Assembly (NCBI GenBank): GCA_050173015.1
Contig: JBFXLE010000006.1
Location: 64,001 to 128,000, forward strand
DNA: 64,000 nucleotides
DNA from: Calditrichaceae bacterium
Lineage (GTDB): Bacteria; Calditrichota; Calditrichia; Calditrichales; JBFXGD01
Direction of reading: 5' to 3'
In this document: positions 27,264 through 37,373 of the stretch, one piece after another
Position numbering within the stretch: position 1 is the first letter of the stretch
Layout: each line of letters starts with the position of its first letter
Notes under the pieces: generated by a model
What the model was told of the DNA's origin: nothing
Databases searched by the model: none
What the model saw: only the letters and a program-made list of their open reading frames with translations
Translations under genes and position numbers: made by a program

Positions 27264-28442
27264 ATGATGGTCACAGAAAAAGTATATTATCAGGACAGCT
27301 ATTGTTATCAAATTGACGCCACCGTCCTGGATATACAAAGGGATCAGGACGGTATATGGGTTCTTCCCGACCGGACAATATATTTTCCCGGGGGAGGCGG
27401 ACAATCCGGGGATGAAGGAAAAATAAATGGTACAGCGGTGCGCGGGATCAGGATTGAAGATGATAAAATCTGGTACGGTCTCGCAACTGAAGCTGATTTT
27501 TCAGTCGCTGAAAAGGTCGGAATGGAAATTGACCGGCAAAAACGCCTGTATAATATGCGCCAGCATACCGGCCAGCACCTTCTGTCCCATGTGCTCGATC
27601 AGTTGGGACAAAAAACCGTGTCGGTGCATCTTGGCGATTCCTATACTTTAATCGAAGTTGAAGGCCCATGGCCTGATGAGAACCTGTTAAAAAAAGCTGA
27701 AGAAGAAAGCAACGCGTACATTCGCAAATCCATACCGGTGACCTGCCAGTGGGTCAGCCGTGAAGATATCCATAAGTTTCCTTTGCGGCGACCTGCGGGA
27801 GAGTGGCAGACACTTCGACTGGTTGAGATTGAAAATACAGATTATTCGGCGTGCGGCGGAACCCATGTAAAAAATACGGCGGAGATAGGATATATTAAAA
27901 TAACCGCTCTTGAAAAAATACGCGGGAGAGCGAGAATAAAGGCGCTAACCGGCCGGAAAGCCGATGATTATTTTGAACAGCTGCATTTACTTAATACCGC
28001 TCTAAAAATTGAGTTAAGTTCCGAAACGGAGCATATTGTTGAAAGAGTCCGGGGACTGAAAAGCGATGTCGAAGGGCTTGGGAAAGATGTAGAATTTTAT
28101 CGGCAAACATATATTGACAGCAAATGCCGGGATATTATAAACGAGACTGAATCGGACCCTATTCTGATTGTTTACCGGTTATCCGAAGGTAAACTTGCCG
28201 ACGCGCGGGATCTTGCCAGGACACTGTCCGGTAAGTTTGCAAAAATTGCTTTTATTACTTTTGCCGATCGTTTTTATCTGACTGCGCCGGTGGATTCAAA
28301 GTTCAGCACGCGGAACTTTTTAAAATCCCACGGCGCATCCCTCAATCTTCGCGGCGGCGGGCCTGAAGGATTTGCGCAGGGGATTGCAGAGGGGAGTGAC
28401 ACGGAAAAAATAAAAGAAATGATCTTAAATCAAATATTTTAA
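27264..28442 (+). CDS. Alanyl-tRNA editing protein AlaX with DHHA1-like C-terminus
   Basis: YFPGGGGQSGD, HTGQH and CGGTH (Zn ligands); RGGG...AQG. Confidence 0.88.
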   Translation: MMVTEKVYYQDSYCYQIDATVLDIQRDQDGIWVLPDRTIYFPGGGGQSGDEGKINGTAVRGIRIEDDKIWYGLATEADFSVAEKVGMEIDRQKRLYNMRQHTGQHLLSHVLDQLGQKTVSVHLGDSYTLIEVEGPWPDENLLKKAEEESNAYIRKSIPVTCQWVSREDIHKFPLRRPAGEWQTLRLVEIENTDYSACGGTHVKNTAEIGYIKITALEKIRGRARIKALTGRKADDYFEQLHLLNTALKIELSSETEHIVERVRGLKSDVEGLGKDVEFYRQTYIDSKCRDIINETESDPILIVYRLSEGKLADARDLARTLSGKFAKIAFITFADRFYLTAPVDSKFSTRNFLKSHGASLNLRGGGPEGFAQGIAEGSDTEKIKEMILNQIF

Positions 28443-28470
28443 TCTTTGTGATAGAGGAAAGTGAAACGGT

Positions 28471-29025
28471 ATGAGCGGAATTAAAGGTTTGGTTGTTTTA
28501 TCGCGTTTCGATTATATAGAAAAAACATACGGAAGGGAAAAACTGGTTCAATTCTTTGATAGTGTTAAAAGTGAAGATAAAGATCAATTGACTCAGCCGA
28601 TCGGTATTTCAAAGGAATATCCTGATGAATATCTTAAAATTATTGATGAGTACATTCAGAAAGAATTTTTTGCCAATGATGAATCATCTTTTCTTCTACT
28701 TGGAAACTGGAACGCCGGTCATCTGATGCCCCGTTATTTTCAGATCTACATGGATGACAAAAATCCTCCCGGGTTTTTGAACCAGATGGCAAATATGCGA
28801 AAAATTTTAATCGGAAGCGGAGAAATGAAAATCAGGGATCTTGATTCAAATTCCTATGATGTGATTATCGACTACGGCCAGACCTTTCTTGAATCGGTTC
28901 GGCTCAGTGAGCTTGGATTTATTGAAGAAGGTCTGCGACTATGCGGAGCAAAAAAAGTAAAAACTGAAATAAAGAGATTAAATGAAATAACGGCAGAGTA
29001 TAAAATTGGCTGGGTATTAAAATGA
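28471..29025 (+). CDS. Hypothetical V4R/H-NOX-like ligand-binding protein (DUF2378/TIGR02265-like)
   Basis: N-terminal IKG..V...FDYIEKTYG, central EYP and LG.WNA, C-terminal GFIEEGLRLCGAK.V...YKIGW pattern; ATGA overlap with the next gene. Confidence 0.5.
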   Translation: MSGIKGLVVLSRFDYIEKTYGREKLVQFFDSVKSEDKDQLTQPIGISKEYPDEYLKIIDEYIQKEFFANDESSFLLLGNWNAGHLMPRYFQIYMDDKNPPGFLNQMANMRKILIGSGEMKIRDLDSNSYDVIIDYGQTFLESVRLSELGFIEEGLRLCGAKKVKTEIKRLNEITAEYKIGWVLK

Positions 29026-29699
29026 AACCTTATGCTGTAATTATTGCTGACATAAAAGGCTCCCGAAAGATGCATGACAGGGAGAGGTACGAATGGCAGC
29101 TATTTCTAAAATCTGCGATTGTTCAGGTAAACGAAAACTGGGCTGATTGTATCGATGCTCCATTTATGATCACTAAGGGTGATGAATTTCAGGGGGTTTT
29201 GGTTAATGTGGCGGATGTGCATGCGGTTATGATGGAATTCGAACGTCTTTTGTTCCCGTTGATCATGCGTTACGGAATAGGATACGGCAGCATTCAGAAA
29301 ATGGGCAGTAATATTCCGATCGAGATGGACGGACGGGCATTTCATCGCGCGAATGCGGCGCTCAATACCTGTAAAAAGAAAAAATGCGTGGTTCAGTTTA
29401 GCACTGGTGATGATTGGTTTGATTTAAATATTAACACTTTTTATCAGTTGATTTACGCGATAAAAGGACGCTGGAGCGAGATCAATTTTAAGAGATACTG
29501 GAAATATAAAGAGATGGGAACCTATGAACGTGTGGCGGAACAGGAAGGCGTATCACCGCAGGCCGTATGGGATTCGCTACACAATGCCAGCGCTGTGGAT
29601 GTGATAAACGCCGAGCAGGTATTGATGAAGATTATCCAAAAGAAAGAGAAGGAAATTACTCCGGAACTTGCTGATAAAACCTTGAAATCTGGCGGATAG
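29022..29699 (+). CDS. SatD-family protein (nucleotide-cyclase-like palm domain + C-terminal HTH)
   Basis: YAVIIADIKGSR, FMITKGDEFQG, RYGIGYG and MDGRAFHRA motifs; HTH TYERVAEQEGVSPQAVWDSL. Confidence 0.82.
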   Translation: MKPYAVIIADIKGSRKMHDRERYEWQLFLKSAIVQVNENWADCIDAPFMITKGDEFQGVLVNVADVHAVMMEFERLLFPLIMRYGIGYGSIQKMGSNIPIEMDGRAFHRANAALNTCKKKKCVVQFSTGDDWFDLNINTFYQLIYAIKGRWSEINFKRYWKYKEMGTYERVAEQEGVSPQAVWDSLHNASAVDVINAEQVLMKIIQKKEKEITPELADKTLKSGG

Positions 29700-30468
29700 A
29701 CAGCACGAGCGTCGCAAGGGCCGCTATCACCACGATTGGCGATACATGTTCTCCCCAGAGATACCATCCTGCTTTTTCATCAATTTTATAATTTATAAAA
29801 ATCAGAGCCAGAAAATTATTTGTGCCGTGCACAATGATGGATGGTATGATAGAATCAGTCCGCCAGGCCAGAAATCCCATAATAATCCCCATCAAGAAGA
29901 TTTGAATCGCCCAGTAAGGATTCATGTGAATTATGGTCCAGGTCAGTGATGAGAGCATCACCGCCCGTGTTGCATCACCCTTTTTTTCCAGAGTTACCTG
30001 AAAAAATCCTCTGAATAATCCTTCTTCGGCAATGGCCGCAACGAATACAGCGCCGCCGATAACAAGCGCCCAATCAGTCCATCCTTCAACAACAAGTGGA
30101 CGCATCTGTTCAAGGATCCAATCCGGAATGGGGATGATCCGGCTCAACAGACGGTCAAGCTCATCACCGACAATGCTAAGCGAAATACCGGTTGTGACGC
30201 TTAGGAAAATGACTTCACGGGAAACCGGATTGAAACGGAAAAGTGACTGAATAGGATATTTTTTCGCTCGGGAATACAGCAAGGGTATAATCAGAAAGAG
30301 GCTTCCTCCAAAAATAAAAAATAGCCGGGTATTTTTTTCTATTGATTCCGGTGAGATCACGGTGCTTGATACAAATGCATAGACCGCCGCCAAAACGATC
30401 AGGCCGGCAAATACCGCCAGTACAAGTATCAGCGCTTCAACCGGTTCAGGATAAGATTTATTATTCAT
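29656..30468 (-). CDS. CPBP (CAAX/Abi) intramembrane glutamic protease
   Basis: AEEGLFRG, WTIIH and IIVHGTNN motifs; multiple TM helices. Confidence 0.9.
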   Translation of the reverse strand: MNNKSYPEPVEALILVLAVFAGLIVLAAVYAFVSSTVISPESIEKNTRLFFIFGGSLFLIIPLLYSRAKKYPIQSLFRFNPVSREVIFLSVTTGISLSIVGDELDRLLSRIIPIPDWILEQMRPLVVEGWTDWALVIGGAVFVAAIAEEGLFRGFFQVTLEKKGDATRAVMLSSLTWTIIHMNPYWAIQIFLMGIIMGFLAWRTDSIIPSIIVHGTNNFLALIFINYKIDEKAGWYLWGEHVSPIVVIAALATLVLSIRQISRFYQQVPE

Positions 30469-31504
30469 GAATTCCTCTAATCTGTGTATTGAGAGCCCGC
30501 GCGATAGGTTTCAACTGCTCGAGAAGGCGATCAAATCCATCAAATGACAAAGACTGCTGACCGTCAGAGAGCGCCTTATCCGGCTGCGGATGAACTTCCA
30601 CCATTATCCCATCAGCCCCCACCGCGAGCGCGGCTCTCGAAAGCGGAATGATGCGATCCCGGTTTCCTGTGGCATGACTGGGGTCGATAAGCACCGGCAG
30701 ATGCGTCAATTCTTTTAAGGCGGGAACCGCGTTGATGTCGAGCATGTTCCGGGACTGGTTATCGAATGTCCTTACCCCTCTTTCACACAGAACAACATTC
30801 CCGTTTCCTTCGCTTAATATGTATTCCGCGGAAAGAAGCAGTTCTTCAAGAGTCGCTGAAAAACCACGTTTTAGCAGGACGGGTTTATTTAATTTGCCGG
30901 CGGCCTTTAAAAGAGAAAAATTTTGCATATTTCTTGATCCGATCTGTATCATATCGGCGAAATCGCCCACTTCCAGGAGACTTACCGGATCCATGGCTTC
31001 GGTAACGATTTTCATATCAAACCTGGCCGCGGCAACGGACAATAATTTGAGACCCGTTTTCCCGAGGCCCTGAAACGAATAAGGGCTGGATCTGGGTTTA
31101 TATGCTCCACCTCGCAGTATTTTTACACCCCTTGATGCCAAAAATTCCGCGGTTTTCATAATCTGTTCTTCTGATTCAACTGAGCACGGTCCCGCGATCA
31201 GGGTAAAATTCTGATCGCCTATGGGATGCCCATCCAACATGACAACGGTATTTTCGGGATGAAAATCCCTGCTTGCCAGTTTGTAAGGCTTCGCGCCATG
31301 ATAGATGTCCTGAATTCCCTCCAGCCTGCGCAAAGGCGTATCATCAAAAACCGGGGTTTCTTCGTTTGTGCCAATGACCCTGGTTTCACCACTGATCATA
31401 AGGCGGGATTCCATCCCCAAAGAATTAATGGTATTCTGTATCCTTAATATTTCATTTTCTGAAACGTCTTTTTTCAGAACAACTAGCATCCCGACTCCTG
31501 ACAT
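30461..31504 (-). CDS. aroF: DAHP synthase, type I-beta, with N-terminal ACT-like domain
   Basis: IAGPCSVES, RGGAYKPRSSPYSFQG, QIGSRNMQNF, LCERG, DPSH and SDGQQ motifs. Confidence 0.95.
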   Translation of the reverse strand: MSGVGMLVVLKKDVSENEILRIQNTINSLGMESRLMISGETRVIGTNEETPVFDDTPLRRLEGIQDIYHGAKPYKLASRDFHPENTVVMLDGHPIGDQNFTLIAGPCSVESEEQIMKTAEFLASRGVKILRGGAYKPRSSPYSFQGLGKTGLKLLSVAAARFDMKIVTEAMDPVSLLEVGDFADMIQIGSRNMQNFSLLKAAGKLNKPVLLKRGFSATLEELLLSAEYILSEGNGNVVLCERGVRTFDNQSRNMLDINAVPALKELTHLPVLIDPSHATGNRDRIIPLSRAALAVGADGIMVEVHPQPDKALSDGQQSLSFDGFDRLLEQLKPIARALNTQIRGIHE

Positions 31505-31577
31505 CTAAATAACTATTTTAATTCAGATTGCTAAAAATGCCATAAGTTACAAATGAATCGATAAAAATAAAATTCAA

Positions 31578-32369
31578 TTAAATCTGAATTTTTGACATTT
31601 GAATCTGATATAAAACCAGAGCGACCGAAACGCCAAGATTGAGCGATTCCCCATGCCCGGGTTTTGGAATTGTGATCTGTGAACCGGCGACCTCACTTAG
31701 AACCCGGTTAACCCCATCGGCTTCGGCGCCAAACAAAATGATCTGTTTACCCGCGGGTTTAAATTCACGCAGACTGGTGCCTCCTTCGACGATGGTTGAA
31801 ATCACCGAATAATTCCCGCTGCGGCTAAATTCCGAGAGCGTTTGTATATCGACTTCCTCATAAAGATGTAAATGTGTTATATATCCCGTTGATGCTCTTA
31901 CGACCTTGGGATTATAAGGATCCACCGATCCCGGACTCAGCAAAATAGAATTAACGCCGAACCAGAGAGCGGTTCTTATGATGGTACCCAGATTTCCGGG
32001 ATCGTTTATCCGGTCAAGATAGATAATGACAGAATCATCGGGCGGATTTTCCCGGAAATTTAACCGCGGAATTCGCGCTACAAGCGCTATACCTTGCGGG
32101 GACTGTTCATCGGTGATCCTGTTAAAATCATTTCCCCCCGCCATGAATACTGGAATATTTGATTCATATATTTTTTTTAGTTCCGGGTGCGCGGCCGGAT
32201 CAATTCGGCTTTCATCGAGAATAATTTGTCGCGCTGACAAAAAACCGCTTTCAAGCGCGCTGCTGACCGCGCGGATACCGGAAATCAGATAAGACCCGGT
32301 CAAATCTCTGTATTTTTTTTGCTTCAGTTTCGCGAGCTCGCGAAACTGATTTTTTGAAATAGTATTCAT
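31578..32369 (-). CDS. TrmH/SpoU family RNA methyltransferase
   Basis: DPGNLGTIIRTA, KVVRAS, FGAEADG and ESLNLGVS motifs. Confidence 0.92.
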   Translation of the reverse strand: MNTISKNQFRELAKLKQKKYRDLTGSYLISGIRAVSSALESGFLSARQIILDESRIDPAAHPELKKIYESNIPVFMAGGNDFNRITDEQSPQGIALVARIPRLNFRENPPDDSVIIYLDRINDPGNLGTIIRTALWFGVNSILLSPGSVDPYNPKVVRASTGYITHLHLYEEVDIQTLSEFSRSGNYSVISTIVEGGTSLREFKPAGKQIILFGAEADGVNRVLSEVAGSQITIPKPGHGESLNLGVSVALVLYQIQMSKIQI

Positions 32370-32374
32370 TGAAA

Positions 32375-34168
32375 CTAGTCTCCGCTTTCAGTCAGCATCA
32401 GATTTTCTTTCGCGTATCGTTTCAATATAGCGTCCTTGGTCACCACACCCAGATAAAGCATGTTCTCCGCTGATTCAATGACCGGAAGCAGTTCATTGTC
32501 ATCAATCTCTAGTTTTCTCAAAGCGTCAGCCATAGTATCTTCAGGTTTCAGAACAAAAATGGTCGCGCTCATTACATCCGTTGCAAGCAAAAGTGGGGCC
32601 ACATCCCGGTCAAAAAGGACAGGCCGGATATCACGAAGGGTTATGATACCTGTTACTTTGTTGCTTTTGTCAACCACCGGAAAAGCCGAATAATGAGAAC
32701 TCATAAGCGTGTCAAGTATCTTCTCGAAGCTTGTGTTTTCATGGACGACAGGGGCGTCACGGATGATCAGTCCGCGTATTTTTGTGTTCCGAAGCAGATC
32801 CAGATTCCGGCCCCCTGAAATCCGGTTGGAAAACAGGGATATTTTCATTGTATAAATGGATTCAGGTTCCAGCCATCTCGCGATAAGCGTAGCCGCCACC
32901 GTACCAAGCATCAACGGCAAGATGATCTGATAACTCGCCGTCACCTCAAATATAATCAAAAAAGCGGATAAAGGCGCGTGGATAGTACCGGCCACAATGA
33001 CGCCCATCCCCACCAGAGCGTACGCGCCGGGCGGAGCGGTTATTTCCGGGAAAAAATAACCGGCAATTTCACCAAACAGCGCCCCGTACATCGCGCCGAT
33101 AAAGAGGGATGGTGTAAACAGCCCTCCTGTTCCCCCTGAACCAAGCGTAAAAGAAGTGGCCAGTATTTTTGCCAGCATGAGAATCAGCAGCAGGTACATC
33201 TCAGGATAACCGGTCAGCGCGGTATAGGTGGCGGAATCGTCAAAACCGTATAGTTCCGGCAGTTTAAATGCCAGTAATCCCGCGAAGAGTCCGCCTATAG
33301 CCGGTTTGAGATATTCAGGTGTTTTTAGTTTTTGTTCAAATACATCTTCAACCTTGTACAGCGTTTTTATAAATAAGACCGCTACGACGCCACCAAGCAG
33401 GCCCATCAGAAGATAGAGCGGATATTCCGCCACGCTGTTTAACGAATATGACGGAATCGAAAAAACGGGACTTGAATCGATAAAATGTCTGGAAATTGCC
33501 GTAGCTATCACCGAAGATATCACAATCGGGGTAAAAGCCATCAGACTGAAATCAGCCAGAATAATTTCGACGGTAAATACCACTCCCGCGATAGGGGCAT
33601 TGAACACAGCGGCCAGTCCCGCCGCGGCGCCGCAACCCACAAGTATTTTAAGTCTCTGTTGTGAAACATGGAAGTACTGACCGATCGCCGAGCCGATGGC
33701 GGCGCCGATTTGCACTATCGGTCCTTCTTTTCCGGCCGAACCACCCGAGCCGATCGTGGTTCCGGAGTTGATGGAAGTGAGTATGGACACCCTTCTGCGG
33801 ATCATGCCGCCCTTATTGGCAACCGACTCCATGACACCGGGAATGCCGTGGCCCTTAACTTCCGGCGAGAAATAATAAGTGAGTAAACCCACAGCGAGGC
33901 CGCCAATGGCCGGAAAGATAATCCTCAGGTAATCAGATAACACATCCGGAAAAATACTGAAACCGGCCTGTTCAAAAAGAATGTGATGCACACCGTCAAC
34001 GATGATGTTGAGAAGGTACGCGCCGAATCCCGTAAAAATTCCGATCAGACTTGCCAGGAATAACAGGTAGAGGTCGGAAGGAGCATCAATCTTATACAGT
34101 GATCTGATGAATTTAATTTGCCAGACTCTGAATTTTCTGGTCCAGGTCATGATCTTTTGCGCATTCAT
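32375..34168 (-). CDS. ClC chloride channel/H+ antiporter with CBS domains
   Basis: GHGIP, GKEGP, AVFNAP and GGLFTP motifs; C-terminal CBS pair. Confidence 0.93.
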   Translation of the reverse strand: MNAQKIMTWTRKFRVWQIKFIRSLYKIDAPSDLYLLFLASLIGIFTGFGAYLLNIIVDGVHHILFEQAGFSIFPDVLSDYLRIIFPAIGGLAVGLLTYYFSPEVKGHGIPGVMESVANKGGMIRRRVSILTSINSGTTIGSGGSAGKEGPIVQIGAAIGSAIGQYFHVSQQRLKILVGCGAAAGLAAVFNAPIAGVVFTVEIILADFSLMAFTPIVISSVIATAISRHFIDSSPVFSIPSYSLNSVAEYPLYLLMGLLGGVVAVLFIKTLYKVEDVFEQKLKTPEYLKPAIGGLFAGLLAFKLPELYGFDDSATYTALTGYPEMYLLLILMLAKILATSFTLGSGGTGGLFTPSLFIGAMYGALFGEIAGYFFPEITAPPGAYALVGMGVIVAGTIHAPLSAFLIIFEVTASYQIILPLMLGTVAATLIARWLEPESIYTMKISLFSNRISGGRNLDLLRNTKIRGLIIRDAPVVHENTSFEKILDTLMSSHYSAFPVVDKSNKVTGIITLRDIRPVLFDRDVAPLLLATDVMSATIFVLKPEDTMADALRKLEIDDNELLPVIESAENMLYLGVVTKDAILKRYAKENLMLTESGD

Positions 34169-34186
34169 CTCAGAATTAACCTAAAT

Positions 34187-35458
34187 TCAGGCATGATCTT
34201 GCCTCTTTTTAAGAAACGGTATGATGTCATCAAATGGCACATTGATTTGATCACCCTTATCCATCAGTTTTACGGAAAAAACCTGTTCCCGCAATTCATT
34301 TTCACCGAGAATCATCACAAAACGCGCTTTTTGGCGGTTGGCTTCACGCATCTGAGCCTTTAAACTTCTGCCCAGATAATCCTGTTCTGTTTTCCAGCCT
34401 CCGGAACGGAATTTTTTTAGCCACTTAAGACCCTCCTGTTGCGCCTCCGCTCCAAGAGTGACAAGAAAGATATCGATCCGGTCATCAGGGGACAATCTTA
34501 TTTTTTGCTTTTCCAACACCATTAAAATACGTTCGATTCCGGATGCAAAGCCCACGGCGGGCGCGGGAATTCCCCCCAGTTCTACAGACAGAAGATCATA
34601 TCTGCCGCCTCCGCAGATGGCATTTTGCGCGCCGAGATCATCGCTGCTGATTTCAAATACGGTACGGGTGTAATAATCTAATCCGCGAACCAGAAAGGGA
34701 TCCAGTTCGAAGCCGATCCCGATAGCGGTTAAACCTGATTTAAGTTTTTCAAAATGATCACTACAGTCATTACAAAGATGTTCGGATAACTTCGGAGCTT
34801 TTTGATTCATAGCGGCACAGGATTCATTTTTACAGTCAAGAATTCTCATTGGATTTTCTTCAAACCGCCGCTGACAGTCCTCGCAGTATTCGCTCAACAG
34901 GGGACGCAGATAATCCTGCAGCTTTTTTCTGTAAGGATCTCTGCAGGTTGGATCACCGACACTGTTAATTTTTAGTTTTAAATTTTTGATGCCCATGCGG
35001 TCATAAACGGTCCAAACGAGATCAATCATTTCAACATCGGCAAACGGTTCCGCGGAGCCAAGCATTTCAGCGCCGAACTGATGAAACTGTCTCAGCCTAC
35101 CGGCCTGCGGATTCTCCTGTCTGAAAAGCGGAGCGATATAGTAAAATTTATTGAGCGGATTTATGGCGTATAGTTTATTTTCCAGAAATGCCCGGATTAT
35201 CGGAGCGGTCATCTCCGGTTTTAGAGTCAGCTGCTTTTTACCACGGTCAAGAAATGTGTACATTTCCTTTGAGACTATATCCGTTAACTGTCCAATCCCT
35301 CTGGCAAAGAGTTCCGTCTGCTCAAAGATCGGAGTCCTGAGCTCCTTATAATTATAAGTCTGCATCACTTCACGAATAACGTTTTCAATCGCGATCCACT
35401 CCGGAGATTCCTCCGGTAATATATCCTGTGTTCCTTTAATCCGTTTGAGCTGCTTCAA
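34187..35458 (-). CDS. hisS: Histidyl-tRNA synthetase
   Basis: TTG start; KGTQDILP, FRQENPQAGRLRQFHQ, LVRGLDYYT, GGGRYD and GIER motifs. Confidence 0.97.
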   Translation of the reverse strand: MKQLKRIKGTQDILPEESPEWIAIENVIREVMQTYNYKELRTPIFEQTELFARGIGQLTDIVSKEMYTFLDRGKKQLTLKPEMTAPIIRAFLENKLYAINPLNKFYYIAPLFRQENPQAGRLRQFHQFGAEMLGSAEPFADVEMIDLVWTVYDRMGIKNLKLKINSVGDPTCRDPYRKKLQDYLRPLLSEYCEDCQRRFEENPMRILDCKNESCAAMNQKAPKLSEHLCNDCSDHFEKLKSGLTAIGIGFELDPFLVRGLDYYTRTVFEISSDDLGAQNAICGGGRYDLLSVELGGIPAPAVGFASGIERILMVLEKQKIRLSPDDRIDIFLVTLGAEAQQEGLKWLKKFRSGGWKTEQDYLGRSLKAQMREANRQKARFVMILGENELREQVFSVKLMDKGDQINVPFDDIIPFLKKRQDHA

Positions 35459-35542
35459 AATTCGGCCCTTTCTTTTATAAATAACCTTTAATTTACAAAA
35501 TTATGGGTTGAAATAAAAACAAAGTTCGCCGGAAATGAGATG

Positions 35543-37003
35543 CTATTCTTTAAGAAGGGTATAGTGAAGGGTATAACTTTTAGCCTGTTGCAAAAAGCGC
35601 TTGTCATTTATGGGGATATAGCCGTCTTTTCGTATCTCAAATGTGTGAAAACCGGATTTTAGCTGAATGCTCCGGGTCGGGGTGATGTCCCAGGGATGCC
35701 CGTCGATGGTTAGATCTGCATTATCTGGGGTACTTACAATACTTACCGTGGGAACGATGGTGCTTTTTTGGGTATCTATTTTGATTTTTGATGTGTCATT
35801 AGCGGTAACGGGAATTCTCGCTATAAATGTACTATTGTTGATCGTATCCGTAATTTCCAGATCGTGGTAGCCGGCAAGCACGGGGCCGATTACCGGGGCT
35901 GAATCACCGGAATTATTATACTTATTCTTATCCAGACGTATTTCAAGGTTGTTTTGTAAACCTACCAGCTTGATATACCCCAGTTCGTTCATATAAAACT
36001 GATAGTAGAACTGCGCCATCAGGTACAGGACCGTGGTGATGATAAAATAGCGCAAGGCGCTCCAGATTTTACTATGCGATCTGGCAAGCATGGCGAATTT
36101 GACAGTATCGTCAGTTGAAGGCGGTTCATTTTTGTTTAACTGATTCAAGAATCGGCCGAGCAGTTCTTTTTTATGACTTCTTTTTTGCCACGGAATAAAT
36201 CTTTCCAGATCATGAATAAGTTCCGCCGCCGATTTATACCGTTTTTTGCGATTTGTCCTCAATGATTTTTTTATTATCCGACGCAGGCGGATGGGTACGG
36301 CAGGATTTATACGTTCCGGTGGAGTATATTTACTTCTGACGATTTTAGCCAGAATCTCTGTGTTGTTTTCACCGTGAAAAGGTTTCACGCCTGTCAGCAT
36401 CTCATACAGCAATATACCAAGAGAGTAAATGTCACTCTGAGCGTTCAGCGGTTCCCCGTTAGCCTGTTCCGGAGACATATACGCGGGTGTGCCCACAATA
36501 AGTCCGGTCATTGTCAGGCGGGTCGCGGTGTCGTCTTTTGCGACGCCGAAATCTATAATCTTGATGCTACCGTCGTAGGAGATCAGTATATTACTGGGTT
36601 TGATATCTCTGTGAATAATATTTTGGGAATGTGTGTACTGAAGTCCCCGGGCGATCTCATAGCTGATGAGGGCGGCAACCTGTACCGGCAAAGGAGACAT
36701 ATAATCGATAATCGTTCTCAGATCCTCGCCGTCAACGTGTTCCATAATCAGATAATACGATTTTCCGCTATTCATAAAGTCATAGATAGCAATTAGATTT
36801 TCATGATTGAAGGAGGCGCTGAGGAGGGCTTCTTTTTTAAATCGGGCAATTATTTCACGGTTGGGATCTTTTAATTTTTTAACGACAACGTTTCTTTTTA
36901 GCGCGGGTTGAATGGCTTTGTAAATTTCCGCCATTCCGCCCTCACCGATTTTATTCAGAATTTTATAGTTTCCAACATGGTCATCTGTGCTTAAACGGCT
37001 CAT
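35543..37003 (-). CDS. Hanks-type Ser/Thr protein kinase with TM helix and C-terminal PEGA domain
   Basis: IGEGGMA, HRDIKPSN, DFG and GTPAYMSPEQ motifs; TM helix near aa 315-335; STPDNADLTIDG...TP...GFHTFEIRKDGY PEGA pattern. Confidence 0.92.
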   Translation of the reverse strand: MSRLSTDDHVGNYKILNKIGEGGMAEIYKAIQPALKRNVVVKKLKDPNREIIARFKKEALLSASFNHENLIAIYDFMNSGKSYYLIMEHVDGEDLRTIIDYMSPLPVQVAALISYEIARGLQYTHSQNIIHRDIKPSNILISYDGSIKIIDFGVAKDDTATRLTMTGLIVGTPAYMSPEQANGEPLNAQSDIYSLGILLYEMLTGVKPFHGENNTEILAKIVRSKYTPPERINPAVPIRLRRIIKKSLRTNRKKRYKSAAELIHDLERFIPWQKRSHKKELLGRFLNQLNKNEPPSTDDTVKFAMLARSHSKIWSALRYFIITTVLYLMAQFYYQFYMNELGYIKLVGLQNNLEIRLDKNKYNNSGDSAPVIGPVLAGYHDLEITDTINNSTFIARIPVTANDTSKIKIDTQKSTIVPTVSIVSTPDNADLTIDGHPWDITPTRSIQLKSGFHTFEIRKDGYIPINDKRFLQQAKSYTLHYTLLKE

Positions 37004-37033
37004 TAAAGCAATTCGTAAGTATTACATATATGA

Positions 37034-37366
37034 TTATTCTAATTTAAGACCTTTGACAAAATCAACAGGAATAGAAACAAAGATACCGTTTCCCGATATA
37101 TCAAGGTTTCCGACAGTTTGCTCAATGGCCCTGATCATGGGGTGAACCTTGTTTTCAGGAACAACCGTGAGAATGGTTTTATTTCCCGGACGGCTGTCCT
37201 GAAGCAGGTTTCGAAATCCCGCGAAAATGGGGATATCATGGGCCAGTATTCTTCCCATCCCAATACTATCCAAAATAGTGGCGCCGGTAATTCCAAGCTC
37301 AAGAAAGGCTTCCATTACTTCCACCAGTTGTTCTTCTTTGTTGAGGATAAAGAGGACGAGTTTCAG
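37034..37366 (-). CDS. PII-like (GlnB-fold) signalling protein; probable CTG start
   Basis: (M)KLVLFILNKEEQLVEVMEAFLELGITGATILDSIGMG...GNKTILTVV...GNGIF; an in-frame CTG at 37366 restores the first beta-strand. Confidence 0.7.
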   Translation of the reverse strand: MKLVLFILNKEEQLVEVMEAFLELGITGATILDSIGMGRILAHDIPIFAGFRNLLQDSRPGNKTILTVVPENKVHPMIRAIEQTVGNLDISGNGIFVSIPVDFVKGLKLE

Positions 37367-37373
37367 ACCGGGC

